A DNA stretch of 40,089 nt from Candidatus Cloacimonadota bacterium (lineage in GTDB: Bacteria > Cloacimonadota > Cloacimonadia > JGIOTU-2). Positions 8,535 through 18,980 of this stretch are shown piece by piece. The notes beneath the pieces were generated by a model that was not told the origin of the DNA, did no database searches, and saw only the letters and a program-made list of their open reading frames with translations. Location: assembly GCA_011043895.1 (NCBI GenBank), contig DRBZ01000003.1, positions 1 through 40,089 of the forward strand. The letters are read 5' to 3'. The translations under genes and the position numbers were made by a program. Position 1 is the first letter of the stretch. The number at the start of each line of letters is the position of its first letter.

Positions 8535-9926
8535 TTATAGGATATATTTCGTGAGGTCTTCGTCTGTTATTATTTTATCCAGTTTCTTGGTGACTAATTC
8601 CTTTGTAATTTTGATATTTGTCATCTTGCTGTCTGGCAGCTCATAGAGGTAGTCTTCAAGCAGAATGGAAAGGACGGTATGCAATCTTCTTGCACCGATA
8701 TCTTCCATCTTATTATTTGCCTGTGCTGCAAAGCTTGAGATCTCGCGAATTGCTCCTTTTGTAAAGGAGACATCAACATCCTCGGTTTTCAACATCTCTG
8801 TATATTGCTTGATAAGGGCATTCTTTGGAAGAGTGAGTATTTTAGCAAAATCTTCTTCCGTAAGACTTTTCAGTTCAACTCGTATCGGAAAACGTCCCTG
8901 CAATTCTGGAATAAGATCCGATGGTTTAGAGACATGGAATGCGCCAGAAGCAATAAACAGGATATGAGTAGTATCGACCATGCCATATTTGGTTGGTACA
9001 TTTGTGCCTTCGATGATAGGGAGTAGATCTCTCTGAACACCTTCTCTGGATACATCAGGTCCATGCTGGGATTTTTCGCCAGCTATCTTATCGATCTCGT
9101 CGAGGAACACGATTCCGTTTTCTTCTACTCGGCTTATGGCGATCTCTTTAACATCATTCATATCCACAAGTTTTTTGGACTCGGAATAGAAGAGGTATTC
9201 CAGTGCTTCAGATACTTTCATTTTCTTACGTTTGCCACTTGACAAGTGCCCTGGCATAAATCCGGAGAGTATCTCGCCCACATTGATGTCGAAACTATCA
9301 AGCCCCATGCTAGAAAATACTTCGATACGTGGTTCAGGGATATCGTCCAGCTTCATCTCAACATCACGCTCGTCGAGTGCACCTTTCTGGAGCATTTTAC
9401 GAAGCTTATCGCGTGTTCTTTGGTGCTTTTCTTTTTCTTCCTCGAATCGCTTCCGCTCCTCTTTCTGCTCATCCATACTGAGATTTGTTTTTCTCTGACG
9501 TTTAGGAGGCGGGAGCAGGAGATCGAGAACCTTCTCCTCAGCTCGTTCCCGTGCCTCATCCTCGACTTCCATTGTGAGTTCTTCACGGACTTGATTTATG
9601 GACAAACTCACAAGTTCACGTATGATCGACTCGACATCTCTACCCACATAGCCGACTTCTGTGAACTTCGATGCTTCGATTTTGATAAACGGGGCATTAA
9701 CGAGATTTGCCAGCCTGCGAGATATCTCAGTTTTTCCCACACCGGTAGGACCGATCAGGATAATATTATTCGGGAGGATCTCATCGCGGAGTTCTTCGGA
9801 GACATTCTGGCGTCTCCAGCGGTTACGTAATGCAATAGCAACTGCTTTTTTTGCTTTGTCCTGGCTGATGATATATTTATCGAGTTCTTTAACAATTTGC
9901 TTAGGAGTGAGTTCGTGCATATCCAT
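8535..9926 (-). CDS. hslU: ATP-dependent protease ATPase subunit HslU
   Basis: 463 aa. [34 protein letters not shown], Walker [11 protein letters not shown], Walker [11 protein letters not shown], charged I-domain insertion, C-terminal DEDLTKYIL. Confidence 0.95.
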   Translation of the reverse strand: MDMHELTPKQIVKELDKYIISQDKAKKAVAIALRNRWRRQNVSEELRDEILPNNIILIGPTGVGKTEISRRLANLVNAPFIKIEASKFTEVGYVGRDVESIIRELVSLSINQVREELTMEVEDEARERAEEKVLDLLLPPPKRQRKTNLSMDEQKEERKRFEEEKEKHQRTRDKLRKMLQKGALDERDVEMKLDDIPEPRIEVFSSMGLDSFDINVGEILSGFMPGHLSSGKRKKMKVSEALEYLFYSESKKLVDMNDVKEIAISRVEENGIVFLDEIDKIAGEKSQHGPDVSREGVQRDLLPIIEGTNVPTKYGMVDTTHILFIASGAFHVSKPSDLIPELQGRFPIRVELKSLTEEDFAKILTLPKNALIKQYTEMLKTEDVDVSFTKGAIREISSFAAQANNKMEDIGARRLHTVLSILLEDYLYELPDSKMTNIKITKELVTKKLDKIITDEDLTKYIL

Positions 9927-10454
9927 TTATAATTCCTCAACAACCGTTTTATCGTTTGTATAAATACAGATGTCTGCTGCGATTTTTAATGCTTCGCTGA
10001 CGATTTCTACGGGAGATTTCTCTTTATCTTTTATCAGAACCATGGCTGCAGCTTTTGCGTAGGGTCCACCCGACCCGATTGCAGCAATATTATGATCTGG
10101 CTCGATAACGTCTCCGTTTCCAGATATTATCAAAAGGTGATCTTTATCTGCGGTTATAATAAGAGCTTCCAGCCGACGGAGTATTTTGTCTGTTCTCCAG
10201 TCCTTTGCTAGCTCCACAGCTGCGCGCATGAGATTGCCTTTGTATTGCTTTAGCTTTTCCTCAAATTTTTCGAAAAGTGTGAAGGCATCGGCAGTTGCAC
10301 CAGCAAAACCTGCGATCACTTTTCCTTCGTATAATCTTCGTACTTTCTGTGCAGTGGCTTTGAAAATCGTGTCGCCAAAAGTGACCTGTCCATCACCGCC
10401 GATGGCAACTCTTTTGCCAACTTTCACACCAATTACTGTGGTTCCCTTAAGCAT
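9927..10454 (-). CDS. hslV: ATP-dependent protease subunit HslV
   Basis: [25 protein letters not shown] (Thr-nucleophile context), [14 protein letters not shown]. Start set at ATG 10454; the longer ORF to 10529 runs inside ftsH. 8-nt overlap with the ftsH stop, and the stop abuts the hslU start. Confidence 0.9.
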   Translation of the reverse strand: MLKGTTVIGVKVGKRVAIGGDGQVTFGDTIFKATAQKVRRLYEGKVIAGFAGATADAFTLFEKFEEKLKQYKGNLMRAAVELAKDWRTDKILRRLEALIITADKDHLLIISGNGDVIEPDHNIAAIGSGGPYAKAAAMVLIKDKEKSPVEIVSEALKIAADICIYTNDKTVVEEL

Positions 10455-12375
10455 CTTTTCCTTTTTTTTCCTTTGAATCTTTAGATTTTTTCTTGGTTTC
10501 CGTTTTAACATCCTTCTCGGTTGAACCATTCAGATAAGCTTGATACAACTCATCGATTTCGCTGCCGCTAAGGGTTTCTTTGTCGAGTAACTCACTGGCA
10601 AGTGTGTGAAGAAGTGCTTCGTTCTCCTTGAGGATCTTAAGACATCTTTGGTATTGTACCTCGATAATAGACTTGACCTCAGCATCAACCAGCCGTGTGA
10701 GATCTTCACTATGATTATTTGAACGGCCAAGTTCTTTACCAAGAAATATATTTTCATCTTTTTCACCAACGGTCATTGGGCCTATCTTGTCACTCATGCC
10801 CCATTCACAGACCATCTTTTTTGCAAGCTCGGTAACACGCTTGATATCATCGCCGGCACCTGTGGTTGGTTCTCCTCCAGCGATTTCATCAGCAGCGCGT
10901 CCTCCAAGTAAATGAGCGATCTTCGCTTCGCAATAGCTCTTCGAATATGTATGCCGATCATCAAGAGGAAGGAAGTGTGTCGAACCAAGCGATCTACCTC
11001 TGGGGATGATTGTTGCTTTATGGATTGGATCACTTCCAGGAATGAATTTCGCTATCATAACATGTCCAGCTTCGTGATAGGCAGTGTTCCTCTTCTGATC
11101 ATCAGTCAAAACCATACTACGGCGCTCTTTGCCCATAATAACTTTATCCTTTGCAGTTTCAAAGTCGTCCATATGGACGGATTTATGACCTATCCTTGCT
11201 CCCCACAGCGCAGCTTCATTCACAAGATTTTCAAGATCAGCTCCAGAAAATCCAGGTGTGCTCTTGGCAATGACAGAAAGATCAACATCTTTTGCAAGAG
11301 GAACTTTCTTTGCATGGACTTTAAGGATGCCTTCACGTCCTTTTACATCCGGTCGATCAACGACAACCTGTCTGTCAAATCTTCCCGGACGAAGTAGAGC
11401 CGGATCTAATATATCCGGTCTGTTCGTAGCTGCTATGATGATAACGCTCTCATTATCTTCAAAACCATCCATTTCTACAAGTAGCTGGTTTAGTGTCTGC
11501 TCACGTTCATCATGTCCACCTCCAAGACCGGCTCCGCGATGACGTCCTACTGCATCAAGTTCATCAATAAAGATGATACAGGGTGAGTGCTTCTTGCCCT
11601 GCTCGAAAAGGTCGCGAACACGTGAAGCACCAACACCGACAAACATCTCGACAAAATCAGAACCACTGATGCTAAAGAAAGGTACCTTTGCTTCGCCTGC
11701 TACAGCTTTTGCAAGTAATGTTTTGCCTGTTCCAGGAGGACCTAAAAGAATGACGCCTTTTGGGATCCTTCCTCCAAGTCGCTGGAACTTCTTTGGGTCT
11801 TTCAAAAATTCAATTATCTCTTCCAATTCCTCCTTTGCCTCATCAACGCCAGCCACATCTTTGAAGGTCTTGTTCGAACGGCTGTCAGTGAACATCTTAG
11901 CCCGACTCTTGCCAAAGCTGAATGCTTTACCCGCTCCTCCCTGCATTGATCTCATAATGAAGATCCAGAAACCAATGAATATGATAAAAGGAAGCCAGTA
12001 AGAAAGCAGGGCAGTAAAGATCGAGGGTTTCTTGGAGATGATCTCAATATCTTTATGCTCCTCGGCAATTCTCTGTACAAGGTCAGGATCATCAAAAGGA
12101 ATATTTGTCTCTTTTTTTGTAGCGCCAAGATAGTAGGTGATATCCTTACCGCTGAATACTATCTTCGTTATCTTTCCGGATTCCAGATCTCGGACGAACT
12201 GTGTGTATGAGGGTTCGGAAGTACTACTTCCACCAGAGAATAACTGGAAAAATGCAACTACCGCAAGGATTACTATAAGCCAAACGAGCAGCGAACTGCC
12301 CTTGGGGGTTTTCATTGGTTGTTTATTTTTGGGAGGTTGTTTATTATCTTTTCGTGGAGGGGGTGTATTAGACAT
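10447..12375 (-). CDS. ftsH: ATP-dependent zinc metalloprotease FtsH
   Basis: 642 aa. Two N-terminal TM segments, Walker [12 protein letters not shown], Walker [31 protein letters not shown], Zn motif HEAGH. Lys-rich N- and C-terminal tails. Confidence 0.95.
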   Translation of the reverse strand: MSNTPPPRKDNKQPPKNKQPMKTPKGSSLLVWLIVILAVVAFFQLFSGGSSTSEPSYTQFVRDLESGKITKIVFSGKDITYYLGATKKETNIPFDDPDLVQRIAEEHKDIEIISKKPSIFTALLSYWLPFIIFIGFWIFIMRSMQGGAGKAFSFGKSRAKMFTDSRSNKTFKDVAGVDEAKEELEEIIEFLKDPKKFQRLGGRIPKGVILLGPPGTGKTLLAKAVAGEAKVPFFSISGSDFVEMFVGVGASRVRDLFEQGKKHSPCIIFIDELDAVGRHRGAGLGGGHDEREQTLNQLLVEMDGFEDNESVIIIAATNRPDILDPALLRPGRFDRQVVVDRPDVKGREGILKVHAKKVPLAKDVDLSVIAKSTPGFSGADLENLVNEAALWGARIGHKSVHMDDFETAKDKVIMGKERRSMVLTDDQKRNTAYHEAGHVMIAKFIPGSDPIHKATIIPRGRSLGSTHFLPLDDRHTYSKSYCEAKIAHLLGGRAADEIAGGEPTTGAGDDIKRVTELAKKMVCEWGMSDKIGPMTVGEKDENIFLGKELGRSNNHSEDLTRLVDAEVKSIIEVQYQRCLKILKENEALLHTLASELLDKETLSGSEIDELYQAYLNGSTEKDVKTETKKKSKDSKEKKGKDA

Positions 12376-12912
12376 TTATTGATATATCTCCTTTTTCAAA
12401 ATCCCGATATAGGGTAGGTTTCTATATCGTTCGTTGTAATCAAGACCATATCCGACAATAAAATCATTTGGAACATCGAATGCCTTATATGCCATTTCAA
12501 TGTCTGGCTCATGGGCGTCGATCTTATCCAGAAGCACACACATCTTAAGGGATTTGGGATTTTTTCCCTGCAAATAGCGCGTGATGTATTTTAGAGAAAG
12601 CCCTGTATCAACAATATCTTCGATGATAAGTATGTGTCGGTTGGTACAGTCAATATTACAATCTTTGGTGATCTGCACAACTCCTGAGCTTTTAGTTGAG
12701 TTACCATAGCTTGCTACTCCCATGAACTCAATTTCCACGGGAATACTGATAGCTCGCATGATGTCTGCCAGAAATACAACACCACCCTTGAGAATGCTTA
12801 TCAAAATCGGATTTTTACCTTTGTAATCGTGCGAGATCTGTTTACCGAGCTGTATAACTTTTTTCTGAATTTCCTGTTCTGAGAAAAGTATTTTCTCGAT
12901 GTCGTTGTGCAT
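12376..12912 (-). CDS. hpt: Hypoxanthine phosphoribosyltransferase
   Basis: 178 aa. PRPP motif ILIIEDIVDTGLSL, FIVGYGLDYNERYRNLPYIG. Conserved tilS-hpt-ftsH synteny. Confidence 0.9.
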   Translation of the reverse strand: MHNDIEKILFSEQEIQKKVIQLGKQISHDYKGKNPILISILKGGVVFLADIMRAISIPVEIEFMGVASYGNSTKSSGVVQITKDCNIDCTNRHILIIEDIVDTGLSLKYITRYLQGKNPKSLKMCVLLDKIDAHEPDIEMAYKAFDVPNDFIVGYGLDYNERYRNLPYIGILKKEIYQ

Positions 12913-12967
12913 AAATGATCCTTTTATATTAATTTTTTGATTAACTTTAATTTATACAAGTATAGGT

Positions 12968-12996
12968 ATAATATACTCATAACAGTGGGATGTCAA
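12968..12996 (-). promoter_or_regulatory. Sigma-70-like promoter for hpt-ftsH-hslVU
   Basis: On the minus strand: TTGACA (12996-12991), 17-nt spacer, TATTAT (12973-12968). It lies between the tilS stop and the hpt start. AAAGGA RBS before the hpt ATG. Confidence 0.55.
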
Positions 12997-13006
12997 AACA
13001 TAATTT

Positions 13007-14422
13007 TCAGATTCTGCGCGCTCTTCGATAGCCCACGAGTTTTTTCATCAACTTAATACGCAGTACATGGGTTGTGCGGGAGGTGATTTTTACGTGGTCA
13101 TCGATCCGCATACCTGCAACCCAAATAATACGGTTCTGATCTTCAATGATGATTTTTTTCTTTCGATGCAAGCGTGGTACTTTTTCATCGATAAAAAAAT
13201 TCTTCAGCTTCTTTGGATCCTGCATACCAAGCGGTGTAAAACTATCTCCCGGGTTGCGGTATCTCGCTTTGAGCGGAAATACGACTTTTTCAAAATCGAC
13301 ATAGCAGGTAGTATCCTCATCGAAATTGAAGCCATGAATGGGGAGTACTTTGATCTCAGAAAGCATAATATAATGATCGTCAAATAGGATCTTACGGGTG
13401 TAACGGCGAATGGTTCGTGAATGATCAGTTGGTTCGTAATTGGGCGGAGAAGTCCTGAATATAAGCGTATCGGCACTTTTGACCACATAGACATTCTGGG
13501 GAAGGGTGATGTATTTACCACCAGGGCGCTTTAGCAGTTCATATATCTCGGAGAGATGTGCAGTATAGAAATCCGATTCCGATCCTGTCAATAGCCCAAA
13601 TATTTTTCTGAATAAGTAAAAATACAGTACTTCACTATTTCGTAATCTATTAAGTAGTACGATATATTCATCATCGTCATTATGCGTAACTACTTCCCGG
13701 AAAATATCATTACTGTGATTCTGCAGGAAGGTGTCTGTCTTCTGAAATATATGGGCACTTTCGTAGATCTTGTTTATCACAGCCGGATTGAAATCTTGCT
13801 GTATCGTTGGGATAATTCGATGTCTGATCTTGTTCCGGTCATATCGAAGGTCATCATTGGATGAATCATAGGAGAAAGGAATTTTATTCCGTTCAGCAAA
13901 AGAGATTATCTCTTCACGCTTGAACCTTAGAAGTGGACGGATGATATTCCTTCGTTTCGGAAGCATACCGCGCAGTCCTGTAAAACCGCTTCCACGGAAT
14001 AGGTGCAGAAGAAATGTTTCTGCTTGGTCGTTCATATTATGGCCGACTGCAATCTTGGTGAAATCATATTTTCGCAGCAGATCATTGAATGTGGAGTAAC
14101 GAATCTTACGGGCAGTGTTCTCGATGTTCGAGGTATCAGAAATGGTCACATTATGGATAATCAGTGGAATGCCCCATTTGTAGCACATATCCTTAACAAA
14201 CTGCTGGTTTTCTTTTGATTCCTCTCCACGCAGATTATAATTGATATGCGCTGCCAAAGAGGTGAGTTTGAATTCTGCTGTGATCTTTTTAATAAGATAT
14301 AATAGCACAGTTGAATCCACACCACCTGAAACGCCAACCAGGATCTTATCATGCTTATCGATGAGCTTTTCCTGCAGCACGAAATTCTTAAACCTGTTAA
14401 TAAAATTTTTTTTATTCTTCAT
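13007..14422 (-). CDS. tilS: tRNA(Ile)-lysidine synthase
   Basis: 471 aa. PP-loop VGVSGGVDSTVL, GHNMNDQAETFLLHLFRGSG, C-terminal TilS substrate-binding region. Confidence 0.9.
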   Translation of the reverse strand: MKNKKNFINRFKNFVLQEKLIDKHDKILVGVSGGVDSTVLLYLIKKITAEFKLTSLAAHINYNLRGEESKENQQFVKDMCYKWGIPLIIHNVTISDTSNIENTARKIRYSTFNDLLRKYDFTKIAVGHNMNDQAETFLLHLFRGSGFTGLRGMLPKRRNIIRPLLRFKREEIISFAERNKIPFSYDSSNDDLRYDRNKIRHRIIPTIQQDFNPAVINKIYESAHIFQKTDTFLQNHSNDIFREVVTHNDDDEYIVLLNRLRNSEVLYFYLFRKIFGLLTGSESDFYTAHLSEIYELLKRPGGKYITLPQNVYVVKSADTLIFRTSPPNYEPTDHSRTIRRYTRKILFDDHYIMLSEIKVLPIHGFNFDEDTTCYVDFEKVVFPLKARYRNPGDSFTPLGMQDPKKLKNFFIDEKVPRLHRKKKIIIEDQNRIIWVAGMRIDDHVKITSRTTHVLRIKLMKKLVGYRRARRI

Positions 14423-14424
14423 TA

Positions 14425-15012
14425 TTATTTATTAATGTGATTTTCGGTGAATTCTTTTCCACGCAGAAGTGCTTCCAGATTCTTGTTCACGATGTCTTCA
14501 CCTTTTCTGCCAAAAACTGCTCGAATACCGTCCTCCAGCATGGAAAATGGTAATGCAATAAAAGGTGATGCTGCACCCAGAATTACCATGTTCATTGAGC
14601 GTGGAGAGCCCACATCTTTTGCAATGCCGTCTCCATCAATAATGATACTGTGTTTATGCGTTTCAATTTCCTTATACAATTCGTCCATTTCTGGATAATC
14701 AGGAATATTCACAAAGGGATTTGAATTCGTGACAAGCCAGCCATCGTTCTTTATGTAGGGCAGATAACGAAGCGCTTCCATTGGCTCCATTGAGATGATC
14801 ATATCAGAGCGACCATGAGGAATAAGATCGGAGTGGATCTCTTTGTCAGAAATTCGCAAATGAGATTCCACCGCTCCGCCACGCTGACTCATGCCATGTA
14901 CCTCTGCCTGTTTGAGATAAAGATCAGATTGGACAACTGCGTAGCCGATGATCGTTGCAATAGATAAAATACCCTGTCCCCCAACCCCTGCGAGAATGAT
15001 ATCTTTTTTCAT
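14425..15012 (-). CDS. iorB: Indolepyruvate:ferredoxin oxidoreductase subunit beta
   Basis: 195 aa. ILAGVGGQGILS, EVHGMSQRGG (OFOR gamma-like fold). Sits directly after iorA. Confidence 0.85.
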   Translation of the reverse strand: MKKDIILAGVGGQGILSIATIIGYAVVQSDLYLKQAEVHGMSQRGGAVESHLRISDKEIHSDLIPHGRSDMIISMEPMEALRYLPYIKNDGWLVTNSNPFVNIPDYPEMDELYKEIETHKHSIIIDGDGIAKDVGSPRSMNMVILGAASPFIALPFSMLEDGIRAVFGRKGEDIVNKNLEALLRGKEFTENHINK

Positions 15013-15021
15013 GATGACCTC

Positions 15022-16614
15022 CTACTTCTTCTTCCTGAGTTTTGCAGCAATGTGAATACAGGGACGTCGTGGAATGATGACAGAAACTCCGTTATAATCG
15101 ATCTCCTGCTGAATAATTTTTACGTTTTCCTCGTGATGGCTTTTTAGCGGATTGATCACATGAATATGCTCTTTTTCCACACCGATCCCAAGGCAGATAT
15201 CTTCGATTTTGCCAGTCACTGCAGAATCCTGCATACCGGTCATAGCAATGATGCCATTATCAAGTATGAAAGCAACGATGTTAGCTTTTGAGTTCACCGC
15301 ATCGAGAAGTGGCGTCATGCCGGAGTGGCCAAAGGTCGAATCACCGATCACAGCAACAGATGGGAAGAGTCCTGCGTCCGCAGCCCCTACAGCCATTGAG
15401 ATAGATGCACCCATGTCAACACAAGTATTGATTGCATCGAAGGGAGGAAGGAAACCGAGAGTATAACATCCGATATCAGAGAACACATGTCCTTTTCCAT
15501 ACTTTTCCATAACTTCGTTCAATGCATTGTACGTATCTCTGTGGGGACATCCTTTGCACAGTTCAGGAGGTCTTCCCCGTACGATTACTGGCATTTCTTT
15601 GATGGGATGAGGTTCGAGATTCAAAGCTTTTCTCAATGTCTTCGGATTTAGCTCTCCATAGCGGGGAAGAGTCCCGTCCAATCTTCCATGAATTGCATGG
15701 CAGTCATTAAGATAACCACGAAGCCAATCTTCAACCACTGGCATTCCATCTTCAACAACAAGAACTTCATCACATTCATTGACCATTTTTGTAATATATT
15801 TTTTTGGTAAGGGATATTGACAGATCTTCAGAATGGGATATTCGCACTTGGCTTCAACATGATTCTCTTTTACATAGTTGTATCCTAATCCGCACGCAAT
15901 GATACCCAGACTTTTGTCCTTCCCTTCATGATATTCATTATATTTCGATTTTTCTGCTTCTTCAATAAGCAAAGTTTGTTTTTCAATTAGATTTTTATAG
16001 TTAACCCTTGCTGTGGCAGGCAGGAGCATGAACTGCATAGGATTATCAGGAAGGTGCAACTCATTTTCCTTTTGGATTTCACCTCGAATGATGCCAGAAC
16101 GAGAGTGCGATAAACGAGTAACCAGCCGCAGGATAACCGGGGTTTTATATTTTTCAGAAAGCTCAAAGGCATCTGCCATCATGTTGTATGCTTCCTGCTG
16201 GTTGGAAGGTTCGAACACAGGAACAAGTGCAAAATTACCATAATGTCTGGAATCTTGCTCGTTCTGTGATGAGTGCATCGAAGGATCATCTGCCACTGCA
16301 ACCACGATTCCGCCATTTGCACCGGTAATGCCTGAGTTGACAAAAGGGTCCGCTGCAACGTTCAGCCCCACATGCTTCATGGTTACAATACAGCGTTTGC
16401 CCGAATAAGACATGCCAAGGGCTTCTTCCATTGCTGTTTTTTCATTCGCAGACCATGTTCTGTGCACATTGCGTTCTGCAGCTTGATTGCTCTTCTGCAC
16501 ATATTCAAAAATTTCGGTTGAGGGAGTGCCAGGATACCCATAAGCACCGGAGATGCCAGCATCAAGCGCACCCTGTGCTACTGCCTCATCTCCTAAGAGT
16601 AGTAGTTTATCCAT
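15022..16614 (-). CDS. iorA: Indolepyruvate:ferredoxin oxidoreductase subunit alpha
   Basis: 530 aa. LLGDEAVAQGALDAGISGAYGYPGTPSTEI, TPP-binding GDSTFGHSG, CKGCPHRD. Short bacterial form without a C-terminal ferredoxin domain. Confidence 0.85.
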   Translation of the reverse strand: MDKLLLLGDEAVAQGALDAGISGAYGYPGTPSTEIFEYVQKSNQAAERNVHRTWSANEKTAMEEALGMSYSGKRCIVTMKHVGLNVAADPFVNSGITGANGGIVVAVADDPSMHSSQNEQDSRHYGNFALVPVFEPSNQQEAYNMMADAFELSEKYKTPVILRLVTRLSHSRSGIIRGEIQKENELHLPDNPMQFMLLPATARVNYKNLIEKQTLLIEEAEKSKYNEYHEGKDKSLGIIACGLGYNYVKENHVEAKCEYPILKICQYPLPKKYITKMVNECDEVLVVEDGMPVVEDWLRGYLNDCHAIHGRLDGTLPRYGELNPKTLRKALNLEPHPIKEMPVIVRGRPPELCKGCPHRDTYNALNEVMEKYGKGHVFSDIGCYTLGFLPPFDAINTCVDMGASISMAVGAADAGLFPSVAVIGDSTFGHSGMTPLLDAVNSKANIVAFILDNGIIAMTGMQDSAVTGKIEDICLGIGVEKEHIHVINPLKSHHEENVKIIQQEIDYNGVSVIIPRRPCIHIAAKLRKKK

Positions 16615-16694
16615 TCTTCCATCTCCATTTGAATTTTTTCAAAGAAAGAACTGGTTGAGACTTTGTGTCAATGAAATCTTAGAAAGCAAGAGCT

Positions 16695-17174
16695 ATGGAG
16701 CGAATTTATAATTCAAAAACTTGCACACAATTTAATAAATATAAATTTTCGTATATGAAAAATTCTGGTTTTTCTAAAAAAATTGGAGTTGTGGTAAATT
16801 TGATACGCCACATTCCGGAACTCACTTACAAAACAACCGAAGAAGAAATCCGTGAAAGGATCGAGGGCAAAGACCACGAGTTCATAATAGTGAAAGATGG
16901 AGTAAATCCAGCAGGTTTCCTCATCGCCTACGCATTGGATGAAGAAACCTATTACAACTGGATAATGGGGGTGCTGTCGGATTTCAGAGATAAGGGCTAC
17001 GGCAGGCAGCTTATCGAGTTATTTGAATTAAAAGCAATGCAGAAAGGATACTTGGAAGTGAGTGTAAAAACGATGGAGAAATTTCCTGCAATGAAGTATC
17101 TTTTGGAAAAAATGAAGTATGAGGAAACGGGATTTGATAAGGATGGAAAGATCATTTTAAGAAAAAACTTGTAA
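16695..17174 (+). CDS. GNAT-family N-acetyltransferase
   Basis: Acetyl-CoA motif A VLSDFRDKGYGRQLIE. The start is uncertain: ATG 16755 (MKNSGF...) is an alternative, and neither start has a good RBS. Confidence 0.7.
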   Translation: MERIYNSKTCTQFNKYKFSYMKNSGFSKKIGVVVNLIRHIPELTYKTTEEEIRERIEGKDHEFIIVKDGVNPAGFLIAYALDEETYYNWIMGVLSDFRDKGYGRQLIELFELKAMQKGYLEVSVKTMEKFPAMKYLLEKMKYEETGFDKDGKIILRKNL

Positions 17175-17225
17175 GAAAATTTTAACATTTTTACATATTT
17201 TTATCATCTGTATGGAGGCAGCATC

Positions 17226-18048
17226 ATGGCAATGGAATTACCGGAAATGACAAGAATTGCCGGACAGCTCAGAGGAGAACTCGTTGATAAGCGTTTTACC
17301 GAACTCATTTTCACCGATAAGGTGAACAAACTCACCGAATGGGGATTTATCAATCTTCAGCAGCGCGATATTACAGGATCGAAGATAACAGACATAAGAT
17401 CGAGCGGACACTATGTATTCATAGAGATGGAGAGTGGATTCAGTCTTGTATTCGGCGATCTGGTTGGGAAGATACTGTATCACTCACCAAAGGAAAAAAT
17501 CCCATCAAAATACACCATTGCATTTGTGCTCTCAGATAACTCTGTGCTGCCATTTCACACGAGCCTATACGGCTATGCAATTGCGCTTACCGCAGAAGAA
17601 ATCGAAGAGCATACATACGTCGGGCACAGCGGCATCTCTCCTCTTGATAAAGAATTTACCTATGAATATTTCGAACACATGCTCGCTGCAAACAAGAAGT
17701 TGAAAACCAAAAAGATACAGAGTTTGATATGATTACATGATCGGGTTTCAGAACGGCTATTTTCAGTATATCCTCTTTTGTGCAAAAATATCTCCGCTCA
17801 GGAAGATCGGTGAACTTACTCCCAAGTAGAAAGAGAATTTGTTCAACTGCATGATGGATATTACGAAACAAGCAGTTGTTGAAGACGGAAGCTGTGATGA
17901 GGTCGATATTTATGGTATGCCCGGGCATTATCAGCGTGTGAAGGGGAATCATATGAAGAACAAGCCCTGCCCTCGCTGCTGAAGCATCATTATTCAGAAA
18001 AATATTCTCGGCTCAAACTCCTATTTTTGTGAGGAATGCCAGAAGTAG
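17226..18048 (+). pseudogene. Fpg/Nei-family DNA glycosylase-like gene with a frameshift, an in-frame TAG and an in-frame TGA
   Basis: Frame 0 is open 17226..17732 (MAMELPEMTRIAGQL...). A +1 shift occurs near 17728-17734 to frame 1: DYMIGFQNGYFQYILFCAKISPLRKIGELTPK-TAG(17827)-KENLF...GMPGHYQRVKGNHMKNKPCPRC-TGA(17980)-SIIIQKNILGSNSYFCEECQK-TAG(18046). This gives a C-x2-C-x16-C-x2-C zinc finger if the TGA was once Gly. Confidence 0.65.
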
Positions 18049-18146
18049 GAGCAATAATCATAGAAGATGTGTAACCACCGAGAACACAGTGTCTTCTCCC
18101 CCAGCTTAAAGATACGCCCAGACGGGCAGAGAGAACAGTCTTTTCG

Positions 18147-18381
18147 GGAACATCCGAACATTTTCAATGTGACATATTGTGAAATACTCGGAAGATTCCG
18201 ATAAATCGGAAACATTCAGAGATTTCGGGTGGAATCCCCAGAATTGACCGCCGTATTATTCATGCGGCGGGGCAATCTACCCTACATACCTCGATCCAGC
18301 TTCACGGTGTTGCGCCGTGACAGGTAACCTTAACACGACATCAAACAAAAAATATTGTCACCCTGAGCTCGGCGAAGGGTC
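18147..18381. repeat. Mosaic of short dispersed intergenic repeat modules (copy A)
   Basis: Module 3 is GGAACATCCGAACATTTTC..GAAATACTCGGAAGATTCC (18147-18200). Module 1 is GAATCCCCAGAATTGACCGC (18232-18251). A REP-like hairpin CCGCCG/CGGCGG sits at 18248-18270. Module 2 is TGTCACCCTGAGCTCGGCGAAGGGTC (18356-18381). All recur near 21.4 and 22.6 kb. Confidence 0.6.
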
Positions 18382-18542
18382 TTACTGATTTCTCCTACCT
18401 CACATGCTCATAATGGTGGGATAATCTGCAATTCCCAGATTTTTGAAATATGTTTGTGATTATCCAATTGCACGTATTAATAACTTGACGAGGAATCGAG
18501 AAATTTGGAACTGAAAAGGAAAATAAAATTTCGGAGAATCAT

Positions 18543-18977
18543 ATGAAAGAAGAATACGCCTTACATAAAGGATTGGAAGACATCCTGGAAGGATATTGGA
18601 TGGCTTATGAACAACGTGATATCGATAAGATCAAGAAGTTCCTTCCGAAAGATGGTAACATTCTCTTCATTGGTACTGGCAAGCACGAGCGCTATGACAA
18701 TATTGATGATTATATAAAAGGAACGGAAAGAGATTTTGCTCAATCAGAAAAAGTTGAAGTTGCCCTGAAGAATTTTTATGCACATGCAGCAGGGAAAGTC
18801 GCATGGACTGCTATCGATCTGGAAGCTAAAGTAACAATAAAAGGAAAAGTCTATCCAATGTTCGCACGCTTTACAGCAGTGCTGGAACGCATCGATGGTT
18901 CTTGGCTCTTCCGGCAGGTCCACCTTTCTTTTCCTTCAGCAGACCAGCAAGAAGGTGAGTCCTTTCCCGTACAATAA
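18543..18977 (+). CDS. SnoaL-like / NTF2-fold (DUF4440-type) protein
   Basis: 144 aa. Size and pattern are typical of NTF2-like alpha+beta barrels (YWMAYEQRDIDKIKKFL..., RFTAVLERIDGSWLFRQVHLS). GGAG-like RBS. Confidence 0.55.
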   Translation: MKEEYALHKGLEDILEGYWMAYEQRDIDKIKKFLPKDGNILFIGTGKHERYDNIDDYIKGTERDFAQSEKVEVALKNFYAHAAGKVAWTAIDLEAKVTIKGKVYPMFARFTAVLERIDGSWLFRQVHLSFPSADQQEGESFPVQ

Positions 18978-18980
18978 TCG

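Noticed and set aside
9246-9830. Long antisense ORFs inside conserved genes. On the plus strand: 9246..9830, 10912..11397, 11573..12001, 21677..22105, 32621..33109 and 35540..36151. On the minus strand: 5500..5826 and 17656..17952.
   Set aside because: These are shadow ORFs opposite strongly supported genes. Their composition is low-complexity or biased, with no motifs and no RBS.
10455-10529. Upstream extension of hslV (and similarly cdsA 34808..34924, zur 5129..5161, znuA 4710..4730)
   Set aside because: The extensions lie inside the preceding gene. Internal ATGs give canonical N-termini and stop/start coupling.
123-17982. Stop-codon reassignment (TGA as Gly, TAG read-through) as an explanation for in-frame stops at 123, 8320, 17827 and 17980
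   Set aside because: TGA, TAG and TAA each terminate conserved genes at the expected length. zur ends at a TGA overlapped by the znuA ATG, the yibQ-like gene ends at a TGA overlapped by the uppP ATG, porG-like ends at TAG, and most others end at TAA. The interrupted genes also carry frameshifts and deletions, so decay is the simpler reading.
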